Of a DNA stretch of 64,000 bases, positions 60,581 to 64,000 are shown piece by piece. The stretch lies in contig CAYMZK010000004.1 in the NCBI GenBank assembly GCA_964394985.1, forward strand, positions 12,746 through 76,745, written 5' to 3'. Within the stretch, counting starts at the first letter, position 1. Each line of letters opens with the position of its first letter. The DNA is from an uncultured Candidatus Saccharibacteria bacterium (GTDB lineage Bacteria > Patescibacteriota > Minisyncoccia > Minisyncoccales > GWA2-38-27). A program made the translations under genes and the position numbers. The notes under the pieces were generated by a model. The model did not search any database, was not told the DNA's origin, and saw only the letters and a program-made list of their open reading frames with translations.

Positions 60581-62487
60581 AAAAACAAGCCTATACGGCT
60601 AAAGATATTTATGTTTTAGAAGGTCTTGATCCGGTAAGGAAAAGACCGGGAATGTATATTGGATCAACTGGTCCAGATGGTCTCCATCATTTAATTTGGG
60701 AGGTAGTAGATAATGGTCTTGATGAGGCCATGGCTGGTCATGCTGATGAAATTCAAATTACTTTATTATCTAACAATAGAGTTAAGGTTTCTGATGATGG
60801 AAGAGGGATTCCGGTTGAAAAACACTCGCAAACAGGAAAGTCAGCTCTAGAAACGGTAATGACTACCCTTCATGCCGGAGGTAAGTTTGGCGGTGAAGCG
60901 TATAAGGTTTCTGGAGGATTGCACGGAGTGGGTGTTTCAGTTGTTTGTGCTCTGTCTAATTACACTAGAGCTGAAATTTGTCGAGGAGGGACTAAATATT
61001 ATCAAGAATACGCTAAAGGAAAAGTAAAGACCAAATTAAAAAAAGATGGTAAATGCAAGAAAAGTGGAACAACTATTATTTTTGAACCAGACGATACTAT
61101 TTTTTCTGAAACAGAATTTAATAAGAAAAAGATTTTAACTCATTTACGTCAACAAGCTTATTTAACCAAGAGTGCTAAAATTACAGTAAGAGATGAAAGA
61201 GGAAAAATTCCAGAGAGCTACAGTTTCTATTTTGAGGGAGGACTAGCTTCTTATGTTAAGTATTTAATTGGCAACAGTACTCTACGTCATCCAAATAGTT
61301 TCTATTGTTCAGCAGAAAAGAATGATATTTTAGTTGAAGCAGCTTTTCAATATACCGAGGAATATGAATGTCACGAACAAAGCTTTGCTAATAATATTTT
61401 TACCGGCGAAGGAGGAACTCATTTAACCGGTTTTAGAACGGCTTTGACTAGAACCTTAAATGATTGGGCTAGAAAAAATGAGATTTTAAAAGATTCAGAC
61501 AATAATTTGTCTGGAGAAGATATTAGAGAGGGTTTAACCTCTGTTATTTCTATTAAAATAAAAGAGCCTCAATTTGAAGGTCAGACTAAAGCTAAGTTGG
61601 GAAATGTTGAAGCAAAAACGGCGGTTGATCAGGCAGTCTCAGAAAGTTTAACTGATTTTCTTGAAAGAAACCCTCAAGATGCCAAAGCTATCATTGAGAA
61701 ATGTCTTTTAGCTTCAAGAGCTAGAAAAGCTGCTAGAGCTGCTAGAGAAACAGTTTTGCGTAAAGGTGCTCTAGAGGGGCTAGCTTTACCAGGAAAACTA
61801 TCTGATTGCTCTTCTAAAAAACCGGAAGATTCTGAGCTCTTTATAGTTGAAGGAGAAAGTGCTGGTGGTTCTAGTCGTCAGGGAAGAGACAGAAAACATC
61901 AAGCTATTTTGCCCTTAAGGGGTAAGATTTTAAATGTAGAAAGAGCTAGGCTAGATAAAATTCTTAACTCTAAAGAAATTAGAGCTTTAATTATTGCTCT
62001 AGGAACTGCTATTGGTGATGATTTTAATATAGATAAGTTGAGATATCACAAGATTATTTTAATGGCTGATGCAGACTCTGATGGAAATCACATTAAAACC
62101 CTACTTTTAACTTTGTTCTTTAGGCACTTTAAACCAATCATTGAACAAGGTTATCTTTACGCTGCTCATCCGCCTTTGTACAAAATACAACTAGGTAAAA
62201 AGGTAGAATATGCCTATACCGAATCAGAAAAAGAAGATATTCTTAAATCTTTAGAGAAAAGCAAAATTTCTCCCTCGGTTCAAAGGTATAAAGGTTTAGG
62301 TGAAATGAACCCCAATCAATTATGGGAAACAACTATGGATCCGGAAAATCGGATTTTAAATCAAATTACTATTGAAGACGCCAAAGAAGCAGATGAAACC
62401 TTTGATACTCTAATGGGGAGTGAAGTGCCAGCTAGAAGAAAGTTTATTCAAACTCACGCTAAAGGAGTTAAAAATCTTGACATTTAA
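60562..62487 (+). CDS. gyrB: DNA gyrase subunit B
   Basis: LEGLDPVRKRPGMYIGST...HHLIWEVVDNGLDEA...GGLHGVG...EGESAGGS...PLRGKILNVE...DADSDGNHI. Confidence 0.96.
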   Translation: MAGKKIEKQAYTAKDIYVLEGLDPVRKRPGMYIGSTGPDGLHHLIWEVVDNGLDEAMAGHADEIQITLLSNNRVKVSDDGRGIPVEKHSQTGKSALETVMTTLHAGGKFGGEAYKVSGGLHGVGVSVVCALSNYTRAEICRGGTKYYQEYAKGKVKTKLKKDGKCKKSGTTIIFEPDDTIFSETEFNKKKILTHLRQQAYLTKSAKITVRDERGKIPESYSFYFEGGLASYVKYLIGNSTLRHPNSFYCSAEKNDILVEAAFQYTEEYECHEQSFANNIFTGEGGTHLTGFRTALTRTLNDWARKNEILKDSDNNLSGEDIREGLTSVISIKIKEPQFEGQTKAKLGNVEAKTAVDQAVSESLTDFLERNPQDAKAIIEKCLLASRARKAARAARETVLRKGALEGLALPGKLSDCSSKKPEDSELFIVEGESAGGSSRQGRDRKHQAILPLRGKILNVERARLDKILNSKEIRALIIALGTAIGDDFNIDKLRYHKIILMADADSDGNHIKTLLLTLFFRHFKPIIEQGYLYAAHPPLYKIQLGKKVEYAYTESEKEDILKSLEKSKISPSVQRYKGLGEMNPNQLWETTMDPENRILNQITIEDAKEADETFDTLMGSEVPARRKFIQTHAKGVKNLDI

Positions 62488-62511
62488 TCAGTTCTCGGCT
62501 ATCATAGAGGT

Positions 62512-62531
62512 GAGGCCGAAAGGCTGTTTTT
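62512..62531 (+). terminator. small GGCC-GAAA-GGCT hairpin followed by a T-run after gyrB
   Basis: Short stem with a GNRA loop followed by GTTTTT. A weak terminator candidate. Confidence 0.35.
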
Positions 62532-62537
62532 AAAACC

Positions 62538-62738
62538 ATGAAAATTGTAAATAAGATAAAATCATTTCCAAACTTTTTAAGAGAGGTTATTCTGGAAATG
62601 AAAAAGGTAAATTGGCCTACTAAAAAAGAAACGATAAAATACACCCTTATCGTGGTTTTGGTTTCTTTTGTTATAGCTGCTTTTCTAGGTGGGCTAGACT
62701 ATTTATTTTCTACTATTATTAATAGAATAATGTTGTAA
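62538..62738 (+). CDS. secE: preprotein translocase SecE
   Basis: FLREVILEMKKVNWPTKKETIKYTLIVVLV followed by a single TM. Precedes nusG. Confidence 0.9.
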   Translation: MKIVNKIKSFPNFLREVILEMKKVNWPTKKETIKYTLIVVLVSFVIAAFLGGLDYLFSTIINRIML

Positions 62739-62740
62739 TT

Positions 62741-63286
62741 ATGCCAAAACAACAATTACCACAACAAAAAAACTGGTATGTTATTCACACTTATTCTGGA
62801 TATGAGGATGCTGTTGCTAAAGGACTTCAACAAAGAGTGGAGAGTTTAGGCATGGAAGATAAGATCTTTAGCGTTATTGTTCCTAAAGAAAAAAAGATTA
62901 AAATTAAAGCAGGAAAAAGAAAAGTTGTTGAAGAAAAAATTTATCCAGGCTATGTTTTAGTTGAAATGGTTGTTACTGATGATTCTTGGTATGTTGTTAG
63001 AAATACCCCTAATGTAACTGGTTTTGTGGGAGTAGGAACTACCCCAGTACCAGTTTCTTTAAAAGAAATAGAAACCCTAAAGAAAAGAATGGGAGTTGAA
63101 GCTCCTAAGCACAACATTGAAGTTAAAATTGGAGATGCGGTTAAGATTATTGATGGTCCTTTTAAAGACTTTGATGGAAAGGTTTCTGGCATTGATCCTG
63201 AAAGAGGTAAGATTAAAGTATTAGTTAATATGTTTGGCAGAGATACCCCAGTGGAATTGGACTCTCTACAAATTAAAAAAATATAA
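62741..63286 (+). CDS. nusG: transcription termination/antitermination factor NusG
   Basis: [13 protein letters not shown]...[11 protein letters not shown] motif [18 protein letters not shown]. Confidence 0.95.
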   Translation: MPKQQLPQQKNWYVIHTYSGYEDAVAKGLQQRVESLGMEDKIFSVIVPKEKKIKIKAGKRKVVEEKIYPGYVLVEMVVTDDSWYVVRNTPNVTGFVGVGTTPVPVSLKEIETLKKRMGVEAPKHNIEVKIGDAVKIIDGPFKDFDGKVSGIDPERGKIKVLVNMFGRDTPVELDSLQIKKI

Positions 63287-63288
63287 TT

Positions 63289-63711
63289 ATGCCAAAAGTA
63301 ATTGCAAAGATTAAACTTCAAATTCCAGCAGGAAAAGCAACACCAGCTCCGCCGGTTGGTCCAGCTTTAGCTCCTCATGGAATTAATATGTCTGAGTTTT
63401 GTCAGAAATTTAACGATGTAACTAAAGAACAATCTGGATTTAAAATTCCGGTTGAGATTTATGTTTTTGAAGATAGAAGTTATGACTTTAAAGTAAAACA
63501 GCCACCAGCCTCCGAATTAATTAAAAAAGAGATTGGATTAGAAAAAGGATCAGGCGTTCCTAACAAAAAGAAAGTTGGTAAAATTACCGAAGCTCAATTA
63601 AGAAAAGTGGCTGAAAGAAAAATGCCAGACCTAAACACTGACGACGTTGAGCAAGCCATGAAGATTATTGAAGGGACGGCTAAGAATATGGGGGTTGAAA
63701 AAACAAAATAA
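63289..63711 (+). CDS. rplK: 50S ribosomal protein L11
   Basis: [35 protein letters not shown]... Confidence 0.97.
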   Translation: MPKVIAKIKLQIPAGKATPAPPVGPALAPHGINMSEFCQKFNDVTKEQSGFKIPVEIYVFEDRSYDFKVKQPPASELIKKEIGLEKGSGVPNKKKVGKITEAQLRKVAERKMPDLNTDDVEQAMKIIEGTAKNMGVEKTK

Positions 63712-63723
63712 TTTTAAACAAAC

Positions 63724-64000
63724 ATGGAAGAAGAAAACACAAAACCTAAATATATTCGTCCTAGTTGGGATGAATATTTTTTATCTCTAATAGATCTAAT
63801 TGGCGCTAGAGGAACTTGTGATAGGGGAAGAAGCGGGGCTTTGATTGTTAGTCCTGGAAACACGATTTTAGCTACTGGTTATGTAGGATCTCCTCCAGGA
63901 CAACCTCATTGTGATGATGTTGGTCATTTAATGATTACTGTTATTAAAGATGACGGAGAAGAATCTCAACATTGTGTCAGAACCCTACATGCCGAAGAAA
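63724..64000 (+). CDS. dCMP deaminase-like (CMP/dCMP deaminase zinc-binding), 3'-partial at window edge
   Basis: RPSWDEYFLSLIDLIGARGTC.R...GA.IV......ATGY.G.P.G...C......HAEE. Occupies the slot where rplA normally follows rplK. Confidence 0.8.
   Translation, partial: MEEENTKPKYIRPSWDEYFLSLIDLIGARGTCDRGRSGALIVSPGNTILATGYVGSPPGQPHCDDVGHLMITVIKDDGEESQHCVRTLHAEE

Noticed and set aside
1-64000. Alternative genetic code (UGA recoding, as in some CPR lineages)
   Set aside because: TGA terminates many well-aligned genes at the expected length (for example rseP, thioredoxin-like/ZIP, U32 and L24 junctions). No conserved protein is interrupted by in-frame TGA.

Overview
AT-rich, very compact, almost entirely plus-strand bacterial segment. 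Only three convincing minus-strand genes are present: rpmB, a 67-aa ORF and a PEGA-domain protein. ATGA stop/start overlaps are frequent and the standard genetic code is used. The core is the str-S10-spc-alpha ribosomal-protein superoperon, running rpsL-rpsG-fusA-tuf-rpsJ through secY-adk-map and then infA-rpmJ-rpsM-rpsK-rpsD-rpoA-rplQ-rplM-rpsI. No L30 gene lies between S5 and L15, and no L1 gene follows L11. Many housekeeping proteins are shortened: RpoA lacks the alpha-CTD, ProRS lacks the INS domain, AlaRS lacks C-Ala, and PheS is short. Together this resembles a Candidate Phyla Radiation (Parcubacteria-like) genome, which is an inference only. Other content includes a Fur/PerR-led oxidative-stress operon, a ZIP transporter and a MacAB-like efflux set. 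There is also a NifS-IscU-U32-MnmA-ThiI sulfur/tRNA-modification cluster. Further genes are murA, two mreB paralogs, holB, frr, rseP, proS, gatCA, pheST, gyrB and secE-nusG-rplK, plus a three-tRNA operon. The unusual part is non-coding, and comprises five items. (1) A MITE-like family has 20-nt terminal inverted repeats and 4-5 bp target-site duplications. One copy sits exactly in an ancestral rseP/proS ATGA overlap. (2) A ~110-nt hairpin element occurs twice inside the r-protein operon. (3) A modular multi-hairpin element lies upstream of two strong promoters. (4) An ~870-bp gene-free locus holds two promoter-driven candidate structured RNAs, one with a tRNA-like T-arm and acceptor helix. (5) A GC-rich palindrome between rpsJ and rplC has a fragment embedded in frame in the cysteine desulfurase gene. 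No CRISPR array, rRNA, transposase or reverse transcriptase was seen. All calls come from reading the sequence and ORF translations, and no database search was run.
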